DNA of 45,445 nucleotides, taken from NCBI GenBank assembly GCA_032718475.1, contig JAUCBJ010004674.1:1-45445 (forward strand). Direction: 5' to 3'. Shown here one piece after another: positions 14,276-26,537 of this stretch. Each line of letters begins with the position of its first letter. Within the stretch, counting starts at the first letter, position 1. The DNA is from Nemertoderma westbladi. Lineage: Eukaryota; Animalia; Xenacoelomorpha. The position numbers and the translations under genes are program-made. The notes under the pieces are model-generated. The model saw only the letters and a program-made list of their open reading frames with translations. It searched no databases and had not been told where the DNA came from.

Positions 14276-14967
14276 ATAAATAACTTACAATAACTGATGG
14301 AGAGTAAAATCTTACACATAAATAACTTAAAATAACTGATGGAGAGTAAAATCTTACTCATAAATAACTTACAATAACTGATGGAGAGTAAAATCTTATA
14401 CATAAATAACTTACAATATCTGATGGAGAGTAAAATCTTACACATAAATAACTTACAATAACTGATGGAGAGTAAAATCTTACACATAAATAACTTAAAA
14501 TAACTGATGGAGGGTAAAATCTTACACATAATTAACTTACAATAACTGATGGAGAGTAAAATCTTACTCATAAATAACTTACAATAACTGATGGAGAGTA
14601 AAATCTTACACATAAATAACTTAAAATAACTGATGGAGAGTAAAATCTTACACATAATTAACTTACAATAACTGATGGAGAGTAAAATCTTACTCATAAA
14701 TAACTTACAATAACTGATGGAGAGTAAAATCTTACACATAAATAACTTAAAATAACTGATGGAGAGTAAAATCTTACTCATAAATAACTTACAATAACTG
14801 ATGGAGGTGTAAAATCTTATACATAAATAACTTACAATATCTGATGGAGAGTAAAATCTTACACGTAATTAACTTACAATAACTGATGAAGAGTAAAATC
14901 TTACTCATAAATAACTTACAATTACTGATGGAGAGTAAAATCTTACACACAAATAACTTACAATAAC
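14273..14967. repeat. 42-bp minisatellite (~16.5 copies)
   Basis: Unit CACATAAATAACTTACAATAACTGATGGAGAGTAAAATCTTA with a few alternating variants. Confidence 0.97.
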
Positions 14968-15225
14968 ATTGCCAAAGGCCGCATTACCAATGCTGCAATG
15001 CGACTCGGCGATGACACTATGCGGTCTTCTGTATCACCCAATGGTGACTGGTTGATTGGCGAGAGTTTCCTGAGGATGTTCCTCACATTAAGGTGGCCGG
15101 TGTGTCGTTGCGACCAACTGTTACACTAAATGGTTTTCCCAGAGTTCCGGCTTCTTCCTGTATACCACGAGCTCCTTCTACGCCTTCTACGTCAAACACC
15201 GGTTGTCGAAGAACGACAGATTAGC

Positions 15226-15568
15226 TCATTGAACTCGAAGGACTTGGTTGCTGGGTTTGTTGAACTTGATGCTGGCAGCGCAAGATGAGTCAATGACTCT
15301 AATATCGAACAACGCCCTGCTCTGCGGCTGCCAAAATCCCCTCACTGAAATGTTGGCCCATAGTCCAGCAATGCCACTCTCATCATCCACCTCCCGTATG
15401 ATCGGCTCCCGTTCAACTGAAGCACCTGGGAAAGCCAAATCAAAAAGCCCACCCTGTGCATCTCTGACCTCGTGATGGCGTAAGGTTACCAATCCTCCTT
15501 TCTTACAGTCGAGGGCATGGGCTAATGTAAACATACCCCTACAACCATCACAGGAGCTTGGTGCATTG
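15226..15568 (-). pseudogene. Fragment of a CRE-like (R2-group) non-LTR retrotransposon: CCHC knuckle plus restriction-like endonuclease
   Basis: Minus-strand translation SCDGCRGMFTLAHALDCKKGGLVTLRHHEVRD...ANISVRGFW...ALFDIRV. This is CxxC-H-C followed by RH(N)xVRD and a degenerate PD..D motif typical of RLE-type elements. Confidence 0.8.
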
Positions 15569-16156
15569 TGTTAGTGTATCCATCCGTGCACACCACCCAG
15601 TCAGAGAATAGGGAAGTGTGATTTACGAATCACAATCGAGTATGCAATATCATATCCAATATGATATTGCATACCAGGAGGGGTCAAGGGAACGGGGCAA
15701 TAATGCCAGCTTGGAGATAGATACCAACTCATCTCCAGAGGGAAGCTAGCATAGGGCCAAAGGCGGGAGGGAGTGACAGCAGGGAAAACCAGCTAATAGG
15801 GGGCAGCCAGCACTTGGCCGATAAATGTGTATCTGTTAGCAGGTCAACATGTATGAAGAACCATGTAATAACCATACCTGTATATATCCTTCACCCAATA
15901 TTGATTATGTTTAGTTGGCTATTAATCAGTGTAGAAGTCAAACGGTTTTAACCGTCGTCGTTACTGCCATACTATCTTGTGCTGTATTACTGGTACTTAT
16001 ATATCAGATATTATCAATAACGTTAAACCAAACTCTGTGTTAACATACCAGCCTACGGCCTTTCAACCTCTTGTAGTCACTAGGCGGATGCGGTGATGCT
16101 TATCAACACGAGACAAACACCGGTCGGAATCCTGAGCCAACGCGGATCCTGTCACA
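15567..16156 (+). repeat. Putative 5' LTR of the BEL/Pao element
   Basis: Begins TGTG/TGTTAG exactly where the CRE fragment breaks off and ends GTCACA. Contains TATATAT (~15881) and AATAAA (~16016) and is followed by gag-like sequence. No second LTR in the window to confirm the boundaries. Confidence 0.55.
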
Positions 16157-16219
16157 GTTAAAACCATAATTAGGGGGAAGTTTAAACTTAGCTGACGAGA
16201 GACCAAGTTGCTTGACAGG

Positions 16220-19200
16220 ATGAGCGAATGAACGCCTCAGAGTTCGATCGGAGAGGGGAGACCGCCGCGCACTCCTGACGACAGAGACGAGATGATCAGG
16301 GAGGCGGCGACTCGACAGTACCAGCCCGCCACTCCGGATTCGCCGAGAGACAACAGCCTAGTTGGAGTGGAGGAGGGTGCACGGGTACACGACGACCAGG
16401 AACACGAGTCAACAAGAGACAGAAGCAGCAAAAGGAGCACCGGGGTCGCTGGCCAACCAGTGGCTACAGGTGGCGAGCGGCCCAATGGAACGGCAACAGG
16501 CGGGCCAAAGGTGCAACGCTGAATGAGACAAGGAGGGGAGTAAGTCCAGGATGAGGACGTGGTGGAGATTGATCATCTACGACAAAGCTACAATGCCTCC
16601 CGGAGAATGCTCAAAGACGCAAAGTGGAAAAGAAGGGTGAGTCAAGATAAACTATACCGTAAAATCGAGGAGGCTGACGATCACTTACATTATTTAGCCC
16701 AATTTGGACAGGGCGAACTAGCGAGCGAGAGGGCGAGAGAGATCACCACGGAAGTGTTGGAATCAGAATGTTGTGGCAATCAGAAGTAATAATACCAGTG
16801 TCAGGGTATGAGAGAGTGTATGTAGAACCTTACCTAACAGATACACTGGGGAAGCTTAAGTTAGTGGGATGGACGAATCCGAATGACACCGGGCCCGAAG
16901 CCAAACCACAGGATTCGGTGTCGTCCATTAGTAGAACCAGGACCGCCACCAGTAAATATGATAAAAGTAGTAGAGGCGGCAGGCAATGGGAGTCTGTCGC
17001 AACCAAAAAGTCTGCAACATCCTCTGCAAAAGCAAGAAGGGTGTTAGAGATAGATGTGGCATGTCAGTTGGACATAGCTGTGTTGGACCAAAAGGAGAGG
17101 CAGTTAGAGGAGGGAACTGCGTTATTAGAGAGGGAGAGAGAGTTAGCGAGAGAGAGGTTTGAGAGAGAGGTGAACGAGCGTAAAGAGCGAGACATTAAGG
17201 AAGCAGACAGGATTGAGAAAGAGAGGGAGTTGGTGAACCAGAGTGTTAGAGAGGATAGGGAGAGAGTGATAGCTGGTAAGAGAATGCGGGATGATATGCA
17301 TACCCGGTTGAGGGGGTAAATGCAGTATCAGGCGAAACAAAAGCGCTGATTAGAACTGGCGAATTTGGGTTTATCAGAGAGTGAGGCTGGTTCGGGAAGT
17401 ATTTATGAGGAACCAGGGGTCATGGAAACCTTTGTTAATACCCCACTTACTGGGACCGGAAAGCAAACACAAGACTGGTGTAACCGGGCGGGTGGTGCGG
17501 GGGGGGGGGGGGGGGGGGGGGTAATGACACTACATCTAGTGACAATATTAATAATAATAATACCGTACTTGATATTCCTAACATTAATGAAGGTACTTTT
17601 CTTACAGGAAATAATGTTTTAATAAATAACAATAATGTTAATACTGGTGGAATAAATAATTTAAATAACATGGGGGGTAGCGGTGAACAAAATAATTAAA
17701 ATAATAATATATTAAATAATGGAGTGCAAAATAATAACGGTATAATTAATATAAATAATAACAAGTTGAATAATTCGCCTAGTTGGGGCCTACAAGGCCG
17801 CATGGTGACGCAGTGGGAGACGCAGGCGAATGAACCCAGGGTAGATAGAAGTGACGTGTCGACTGGAGGAGAGTGTGGGGAAAGGAATATATGGGGTGCA
17901 AGTGAAAGTGATGGGTGGGGGGGGGGGGGGCTATGGCTGTCCCACCGCAACTAGTTAGTGGGGAGAGGGGGGGGGCAATAAGCGGCACACAAATGTCGGC
18001 GGTGGGTGCGCTCGGTGAGTTAAGAGAACCGGGACTCCCAACGACGGAGGAGAATAAAGGATCAGCGAAAATCTGCGAGGCCTTACAACTGGGTAGGGGA
18101 CGAGGCGCTCAAGCCTTAACCGGCCAAACGAAGTAACGTCGAACCCATTCGGAAGACGGACGGAGAACGGTAGGATTCATCCGGGTGGTTGAAATGATAT
18201 CTCATGAACGTAGATGACGCTGGGAGTGAAAGACGTGAGGGGGATGAGAGGGATAGACGAAAGAATGTTGCTACGGGCAACAAAGGGTATTGAGTTAGGA
18301 CAGACAGCGAACCGTCTATAGTTGAGATGGAGGGAGAGAGCAGGTGGGGCCATACTTCGGGAGATTGCCGTCGCCCCTGAGAGAGGGGTATAGAATATAC
18401 CGGGTTGAAGAAGACGAGATGAGAAGGAGGGATCGACGGGAAACTTCCCGTTGGAACATAACTGCCGATCGACGATATGGTAGTCGCGGGGAGGAGTTCT
18501 TGGAATATTCGAGAGAATTAAACTTCGGTCCAGAGGACCACATTCAGACTATATCTACTATACCTATAATACACTATATCCGCAAAACACACAAAAGGTA
18601 GCAACCCCCTCAGATCCCAATAAATCATGCGATACGGAGATATGGAGGGGACCATTGCCTCCAATGATATAGCCCACACAAGGAAAGTCGATAAACCCCG
18701 AGAATAAGACGACGTCAGTGTGTAAGGAGACTGCATCTGTACCATTAAATGCACTGGAGATCCAGGCGATGGGAATGGCAACACTCATCGACACGCTAAA
18801 AACTAAAATAGAGTTACCACCAGTGGAGCCTTTCAAGTTTGATGTAGTAAGCCGGAAGAATATCTGCAGTTCCGGAGGATGTATAGTAATGAAATACTTA
18901 CGAAAAATCTGACACAGCCATGATATTGTAAGGCAATACCAGGGAATCGAAGGAGGTTTTACAGCGGCATGGGGGGCCCTGGATAGGGAATTTGGCCATC
19001 TGGCGAAGATCATCCGACAAACCTTAAGGGGGAGGCGGACTCAAGGATAACCCTGTTAGTATCAAAGCCTTTGCCACCAGAGTAAAGAAGGCATTGATAG
19101 TTTTAAAAACGCTAGAGGCACTGTACGAACTTAATCTTCAAATAACATCACGACAATAGTGCAGGCACTACCGATGTTCAGAGAGGAGAGTCTCGGTAAT

Positions 19201-20670
19201 ATAGCCGACCTAAACCGGAACACAGTGCTGCAGAGCACTGTGTTCCGAGGGTGAGGCAATCGTTGCCATATGCGACAGTGCAGGTCAGTACAAGTCCACA
19301 GGGCCCTGGAAACAAAACCACATCATGGCAGGGACAGGGACAGAAATAACAACTATAGTTGCTACAGAGGAAACAACACCCCTGGGGCGGGCATAAGCAA
19401 CCAAAACAATAAACCATCCGAGTCGGACCTGGACGAACTACGCGAACCACTATACAGAGAACATTATAATCCAAACTACAAGTGTCAGTTGTATAGAGCA
19501 GGGATGCATAAGACCATTGATTGCGACCAGTGGCAGGCATTGCCGAGGGAAGACCAACTGGCCTACAAAAGAAAATTTTGACTATGCCACAGATGTTATA
19601 GGAAGAACTGGTGTCGAGAACAAGCACCAAACTATCTAAGTGAAGATAGGGGCCATACGATGGCCAGCACGATGGGTCCAAGGGAGCGAAGGATAGTGTT
19701 ACTGGGTGTGGTGCCAGTAAGGATGATGGAAGAGAACGGGCGATCAGTAACTATTCTGATGTTGATCGACAGTGGGGCAACATTCACTTTGCCGGAAAGC
19801 TGGATAGCAGATAGGCTACAACTAAAAACAAAGTCGAGTAAGATGGCGATCACCACCATTATCCACCAAGGATGAAATTCGTCAGATGAAAACAGGAAGG
19901 TGTCGAATAGGGGCTATAACTCCCGATTCCAACTACAGAGCGACTATAGACCCTATACGAATTACTCAATCCATAAACATCAACACCAGGCGGCCGACGA
20001 AGATCGAGGGCGAGCAATATCAGCACCTGGACTCAATTGACTTGTCAACACCAAACCTCGATGTGCCGAAAGTGTCTCTGATAGTTGGGATGGACTGCCC
20101 CTCAGCCCATGAGAGGCTAGAGATGATATTTGTGGATGATAAGGAGCGAGATCCGGTGGCAATCTTGACGCCATTTGGATGGACGCTAACCGGGCCTATT
20201 AGATCAGAAATTCCGTACATGTCAAAAACAAGGGGAAAGGAAACAGCGGTGATAGGGGTGAAGGCAACAGGGTGGTTGGAAGAGGCATGTCGGACGCGGG
20301 GCTGGCAGAGTGCGAGGGGGCATTAAATGGTAAACCATTATGCGTACTGAATGATGATCAAGGGTCATTGGGGGCTTTAATGCCGGCGCACATATTGAAG
20401 AGGAGGCCAGCAAAGGTGGAATATACCAGTGACGATGAGATGAAGGGTGGCATTCTGCCACCAAGTGACAAGATGAAGGGTGGCATTCTGCCGCCAAAAG
20501 ACGATGAAGAATTCTATGAGATAATAGGTAGGTCGGATCTGAAACTGGAGAGGAGTGGGAGGTCAGATCCGAGGGATTTAGAATCGACGAGAAGAATAGG
20601 GCGAAGGATAAGAGGACCTATGGGGGGACAGTGGGAGAGTGGCCTGCTGGAAGAATCGCCCTTAGGTTAA
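16220..20670 (+). pseudogene. BEL/Pao gag-protease remnant
   Basis: Motifs KPQDSVSS plus coiled coil, ELPPVEPFKFD, AAWGALDREFG (DUF1759-like) and CQL..HKTIDC...LCHRC knuckles. Protease LLGVVPV...LIDSGAT, then YQHLDSI...SLIVGMD...PVAILTPFGWTLTGP (DUF1758-like). Confidence 0.85.
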
Positions 20671-20768
20671 TGAGTCGTCCAATACGTTGGACTGAGGGGG
20701 TTGGAATGAGGGCGATACACCCTACCCACGAGGAGATAAATAAAATAATAATAATAAAATTAAAAAAA

Positions 20769-21225
20769 ATTATGTACGCTTGAAGAGTATTAACGTACAT
20801 AATATTTAGGTCTAAGTAGGGTGCTACTGCTAATGTACTACCCCATAGATAATCTGGTCCTGTAACTAGGACCCCCTTCGTTCTGGGATAAGGACGCCCT
20901 TGGTCCTGGATTAAGGACCCATATACTTGGCTGCAGGGATATATGGCCTGACCAGGCAGATGGTGATCTACCAATGGCTGGTCAGGAGTAGAGTGTTATC
21001 ATGTCCACCCTGAGAGCACTTCACTGCGACCTGCACCTGGCAGCAAGGGTACAGGGCATGACCCAGCAGATGAGCTGCAACAGCCAATGGTGGGTCATGT
21101 GCGCCAGAGTAGATATGGGTGATGGGCCTCATATCTGACTCCATTGCGACACCCACCCTGTGGAATGGCAAACCAGGGTGTGGTATTTGCCCCGAGAGCT
21201 GACTCGGCAAAAAAGCACCCCCCAA
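20769..21225 (+). other. Highly structured RNA-like leader (about 12 serial hairpins); candidate RTE 5'UTR or SINE-like head
   Basis: Stems read directly, e.g. ATTATGTACG/CGTACATAAT, GGTCCT/AGGACC twice, CCATATA/TATATGG, CCTGACCAG/CTGGTCAGG, CATGACCCA/TGGGTCATG, AGATATG/CATATCT, CACCCTG/CAGGGTG and CCGAG/CTCGG. Closing pair GGGTGCT(20819)/AGCACCC(21214). Confidence 0.65.
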
Positions 21226-23731
21226 CCCCCATTCTTAACATTCCTGGGAGACTTTAATGCAAGTCTGCATCAATCACCTACATCGCCCTGGGTCTATAGC
21301 AATAGTGTTAACCGAAATTCTGTCCATCTTCAGGATTTTATCTCTGGAAATGGATTGTTTTCGGCTGGAACCCAGTTCAAGAAGCGAACTGGAAAGCTAT
21401 GGACTCATAGTGGACCCAGTGGTCACAAGTCCCAGATAGACCATATTATGTTTCGTAGGAAATACAGGAGCTCTATACAAGACTGTAATGCATTTACACT
21501 TCGACCCTTCTCCAGTGATCACCGCCTTATTGTGGCCAAGGTAAGACTTAGTCTGCGTGCTAGCAGAACAACGAAATCTGCCTTGCCGCGGCATGACTGG
21601 TCCTCTCTGTTGCAACAGCCAAGTGTGAGATCCAGCTTCACACTACAGCTGAGCAACAGGTATGAGGCTCTTGCCTCTGAGGCGGCAGATCACTGTGAGG
21701 GCTATACTGCCTTTACAGAAGCAGTTAAGTTAGCAGCTGCAGAAACAGTTCCTGTATACCCTCGAAACAGGAAAAGGGCCCCCTGGACTGATAACAAAAT
21801 TCAGAAGTGCCGAAATGACCTTCAGAAGGCGCAGAAAGAGTCCCGACTCAAGCAGACTACAGCGGCCAAGAATGCAGTTAAGGCTGCATCTAGGTCCCTG
21901 AACAGGCAGTACTCTGCTAATCTACAGGAGCTAATAAACCAACAGGTTGATGCCATCAATGATGCTGACGACAGCAGGCAATCATCCCAGGCATGGAAAT
22001 CGATCAATCTGCTAACTGGGCGGAAAAGCCAACCAACCACCAACGTTAAGGCTGAATCACCAGCCGATCGCCTCAATGGTTGGAAAGCCCACTTTAAAAA
22101 GCTCCTCAATAATGACAGGGTATTGCCTGATAACTTTATAGAAGTAAAAGTGTCTGAGTGTGTACTCCCAGATATTCCCATTGGCGATATCTCCTTTGCA
22201 GAAGTGAAGGCTGCTGCAAAGAGCATTAAGACCAATCGTGCCAGTGGAGTAGATGGTGTTCCCCCTGAGGTCTTTAAAATACCTGTGTGTTTAAAGCTCA
22301 TCTATCCCATCATAGTAGACATGTACCGAACAACAAGAGTCTCACAAGAAATGAAAACAAATAAGTTGGTGCCAGTTCCCAAGAAGGGCAACCTAACACT
22401 CTGGTTCTTTTCGGGGAATCTCATTGATCTCGATTGCTGCAAAGCTATACAATAGGATTCTATTAAATCGCATCAGGGATCCCATTGAGAGACTGCTCCG
22501 TGGAAATCAGAATGGGTTCCGTAAAGGTCGTGGGACCATGGAGCCCATTTTGGCACTTAGAAGGATAATTGAAGAGTTATCAAAAAAGAAAGAGAGGCAT
22601 CTGGCTGTTATCTTTGTTGACTTCTTCAAGGCCTTTGATTCAGTCTCTCGCTCACGTATGTTCAGCATACTTTCATTATATGGGATTCCTGATGAAATTA
22701 TTGCAGCAATCAGATCAGTATACGATGGTTCGACAACATTTGTGTCTATTGTTGACGGTGACACAGAACCATTTGAAGTGTTATGGGGCGTCCTCCAAGG
22801 AGACACACTTGCACCATTCTTGTTCATTATTGTGGTTGACTATGTTCTACGCATGTCCTTAGATCATTATAATGATGATGGGGTGATGATAACTCCACCT
22901 ACTGGCTCCAGAAGTCTAGGAAATCCTGCCAAGTACCTAACTGATCTAGACTTTGCTGATGACTTAGGAGTACTCTCAGAATCATTAGAGGGAGCCCAAC
23001 GGCTCCTCAGCTCATTAGAACATGCTGCTTCTAGTGTTGGTCTTTTTATTAACTCCAGAAAGACCAAAATTATGACAGTTAACTTTGAAAGTCCTCAGCA
23101 AGTCTCTGATCGGATGAGCATAAGCTCAAAGGATGGTATGCTTGAGCATGTGGACGACTTCTGTTACCTGGGATCATGGATCCGGAAGTCAGGTGAGGAC
23201 CTTCGAATACGTAAGGGAAAGGCATGGGCAGCCTTGAATAGGCTTTCCAGGATTTGGAAGTCACCGAGAATTAATCGGAAACTTAAGGTCCGATTATTTA
23301 GAGCAGCAGTAGTTCCAGTACTCCTCTACGGGAGTCCATGCTGGGCTCTAACTGCTGAGGACACCAAATCTCTGGATGGCACATTCACAAGAATGCTACG
23401 CCGGGTTCATTGTGTCAAGTACAATGCACACATCTCCAACCAGACACTATATAACATTGGAGGTGTCTCATTGGTTCCCCCAAGCTTGACACTAGAACAA
23501 AATCGCCTCCGCTTTGCAGGACATTGCTTTCGCCGTGAGGACCAGCCAGTGCATAATCTTGTACTTTGGCAGCCTCATGGAGTGAATAAGCATGGTGGAC
23601 AGCCCATGACTTTCTTGAGACGCATCTTAAAGGACACAGGCCTTAAAGATGCGGATGATCTAGCAAATGTCATGGGTGATAGGGAGTTGTGGCGGTGCAA
23701 TTTTGTTGACAAGCCGGCACAGCATTCCTAA
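21160..23731 (+). pseudogene. APE endonuclease-reverse transcriptase ORF split by one frameshift
   Basis: APE motifs GDFN, QIDHI and SDH. RT motifs QNGFR, FVDFFKAFDS, GVLQGDTLAP, FADD, YLGS and FAGHC. Relative to copy 2, a 2-nt deletion at ~22402 (CACTCTGG vs CACTCTATGG) splits ORFs 21160-22455 and 22424-23731. The APE N-terminal half is missing. Confidence 0.93.
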
Positions 23732-23770
23732 AAATGCAGCTGCAATGCAGCATGCCGATCCTAGTAGTAG
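21226..23770 (+). mobile_element. RTE-group LINE, family A copy 1 (partial APE + RT, 30-nt 3'UTR, (TAG)n tail)
   Basis: Starts inside the APE domain at FLGDFN and ends CCGATCC-TAGTAGTAG. Near-identical to 36325-38326. Confidence 0.95.
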
Positions 23771-26537
23771 TAATAAAGTAACAAATAATACTGTAGTAAG
23801 TACCTGATAGTAATAAAGTAACAAATAATACTGTAGTAAGTACCTGATAGTAATAAAGTAACAAATAATACTGTAGTAAGTACCTGATAGTAATAAAGTA
23901 ACAAATAATACTGTAGTAAGTACCTGATAGTAATAAAGTAACAAATAATACTGTAGTAAGTACCTGATAGTAATAAAGTAACAAATAATACTGTAGTAAG
24001 TACCTGATAGTAATAAAGTAACAAATAATACTGTAGTAAGTACCTGATAGTAATAAAGTAACAAATAATACTGTAGTAAGTACCTGATAGTAATAAAGTA
24101 ACAAATAATACTGTAGTAAGTACCTGATAGTAATAAAGTAACAAATAATACTGTAGTAAGTACCTGATAGTAATAAAGTAACAAATAATACTGTAGTAAG
24201 TACCTGATAGTAATAAAGTAACAAATAATACTGTAGTAAGTACCTGATAGTAATAAAGTAACAAATAATACTGTAGTAAGTACCTGATAGTAATAAAGTA
24301 ACAAATAATACTGTAGTAAGTACCTGATAGTAATAAAGTAACAAATAATACTGTAGTAAGTACCTGATAGTAATAAAGTAACAAATAATACTGTAGTAAG
24401 TACCTGATAGTAATAAAGTAACAAATAATACTGTAGTAAGTACCTGATAGTAATAAAGTAACAAATAATACTGTAGTAAGTACCTGATAGTAATAAAGTA
24501 ACAAATAATACTGTAGTAAGTACCTGATAGTAATAAAGTAACAAATAATACTGTAGTAAGTACCTGATAGTAATAAAGTAACAAATAATACTGTAGTAAG
24601 TACCTGATAGTAATAAAGTAACAAATAATACTGTAGTAAGTACCTGATAGTAATAAAGTAACAAATAATACTGTAGTAAGTACCTGATAGTAATAAAGTA
24701 ACAAATAATACTGTAGTAAGTACCTGATAGTAATAAAGTAACAAATAATACTGTAGTAAGTACCTGATAGTAATAAAGTAACAAATAATACTGTAGTAAG
24801 TACCTGATAGTAATAAAGTAACAAATAATACTGTAGTAAGTACCTGATAGTAATAAAGTAACAAATAATACTGTAGTAAGTACCTGATAGTAATAAAGTA
24901 ACAAATAATACTGTAGTAAGTACCTGATAGTAATAAAGTAACAAATAATACTGTAGTAAGTACCTGATAGTAATAAAGTAACAAATAATACTGTAGTAAG
25001 TACCTGATAGTAATAAAGTAACAAATAATACTGTAGTAAGTACCTGATAGTAATAAAGTAACAAATAATACTGTAGTAAGTACCTGATAGTAATAAAGTA
25101 ACAAATAATACTGTAGTAAGTACCTGATAGTAATAAAGTAACAAATAATACTGTAGTAAGTACCTGATAGTAATAAAGTAACAAATAATACTGTAGTAAG
25201 TACCTGATAGTAATAAAGTAACAAATAATACTGTAGTAAGTACCTGATAGTAATAAAGTAACAAATAATACTGTAGTAAGTACCTGATAGTAATAAAGTA
25301 ACAAATAATACTGTAGTAAGTACCTGATAGTAATAAAGTAACAAATAATACTGTAGTAAGTACCTGATAGTAATAAAGTAACAAATAATACTGTAGTAAG
25401 TACCTGATAGTAATAAAGTAACAAATAATACTGTAGTAAGTACCTGATAGTAATAAAGTAACAAATAATACTGTAGTAAGTACCTGATAGTAATAAAGTA
25501 ACAAATAATACTGTAGTAAGTACCTGATAGTAATAAAGTAACAAATAATACTGTAGTAAGTACCTGATAGTAATAAAGTAACAAATAATACTGTAGTAAG
25601 TACCTGATAGTAATAAAGTAACAAATAATACTGTAGTAAGTACCTGATAGTAATAAAGTAACAAATAATACTGTAGTAAGTACCTGATAGTAATAAAGTA
25701 ACAAATAATACTGTAGTAAGTACCTGATAGTAATAAAGTAACAAATAATACTGTAGTAAGTACCTGATAGTAATAAAGTAACAAATAATACTGTAGTAAG
25801 TACCTGATAGTAATAAAGTAACAAATAATACTGTAGTAAGTACCTGATAGTAATAAAGTAACAAATAATACTGTAGTAAGTACCTGATAGTAATAAAGTA
25901 ACAAATAATACTGTAGTAAGTACCTGATAGTAATAAAGTAACAAATAATACTGTAGTAAGTACCTGATAGTAATAAAGTAACAAATAATACTGTAGTAAG
26001 TACCTGATAGTAATAAAGTAACAAATAATACTGTAGTAAGTACCTGATAGTAATAAAGTAACAAATAATACTGTAGTAAGTACCTGATAGTAATAAAGTA
26101 ACAAATAATACTGTAGTAAGTACCTGATAGTAATAAAGTAACAAATAATACTGTAGTAAGTACCTGATAGTAATAAAGTAACAAATAATACTGTAGTAAG
26201 TACCTGATAGTAATAAAGTAACAAATAATACTGTAGTAAGTACCTGATAGTAATAAAGTAACAAATAATACTGTAGTAAGTACCTGATAGTAATAAAGTA
26301 ACAAATAATACTGTAGTAAGTACCTGATAGTAATAAAGTAACAAATAATACTGTAGTAAGTACCTGATAGTAATAAAGTAACAAATAATACTGTAGTAAG
26401 TACCTGATAGTAATAAAGTAACAAATAATACTGTAGTAAGTACCTGATAGTAATAAAGTAACAAATAATACTGTAGTAAGTACCTGATAGTAATAAAGTA
26501 ACAAATAATACTGTAGTAAGTACCTGATAGTAATAAA
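23768..26537. repeat. 40-bp tandem array, 69 apparently identical copies plus a 10-bp partial
   Basis: Unit TAGTAATAAAGTAACAAATAATACTGTAGTAAGTACCTGA. No variant seen. The first TAG is shared with the LINE tail. Confidence 0.98.

Larger units (their letters stand above)
15567..20740 (+). mobile_element. Degenerate BEL/Pao LTR retrotransposon, 3'-truncated before RT
   Basis: Order LTR, gag-like, Cys/His knuckles, aspartic protease. Many stops and frameshifts. No RT, RNase H or integrase motifs follow. Confidence 0.85.

Noticed and set aside
14242-14781. 179-aa minus-strand ORF
   Set aside because: Translation of the 42-bp tandem repeat.
14273-14967. Tandem hammerhead (Penelope/retrozyme-like) reading of CTGATGGAGAG units
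   Set aside because: The core is CTGATGG rather than CTGANGA in nearly all units, and there is no GAAA box or stems I/III.
14968-15225. Continuation of the CRE ORF or a structured RNA (GGCCGCAT/ATGCGGTC stem)
   Set aside because: Only vague similarity to CRE C-termini and a single stem; not supportable.
20769-20845. Hammerhead or HDV-like ribozyme at the start of the structured leader
   Set aside because: TTGAAGA-stem lacks the following GAAA, and no P3/L3 with a TCC for P1.1 could be placed before GG...CTAA. Canonical cores are not met by eye, so a covariance-model search is still needed.
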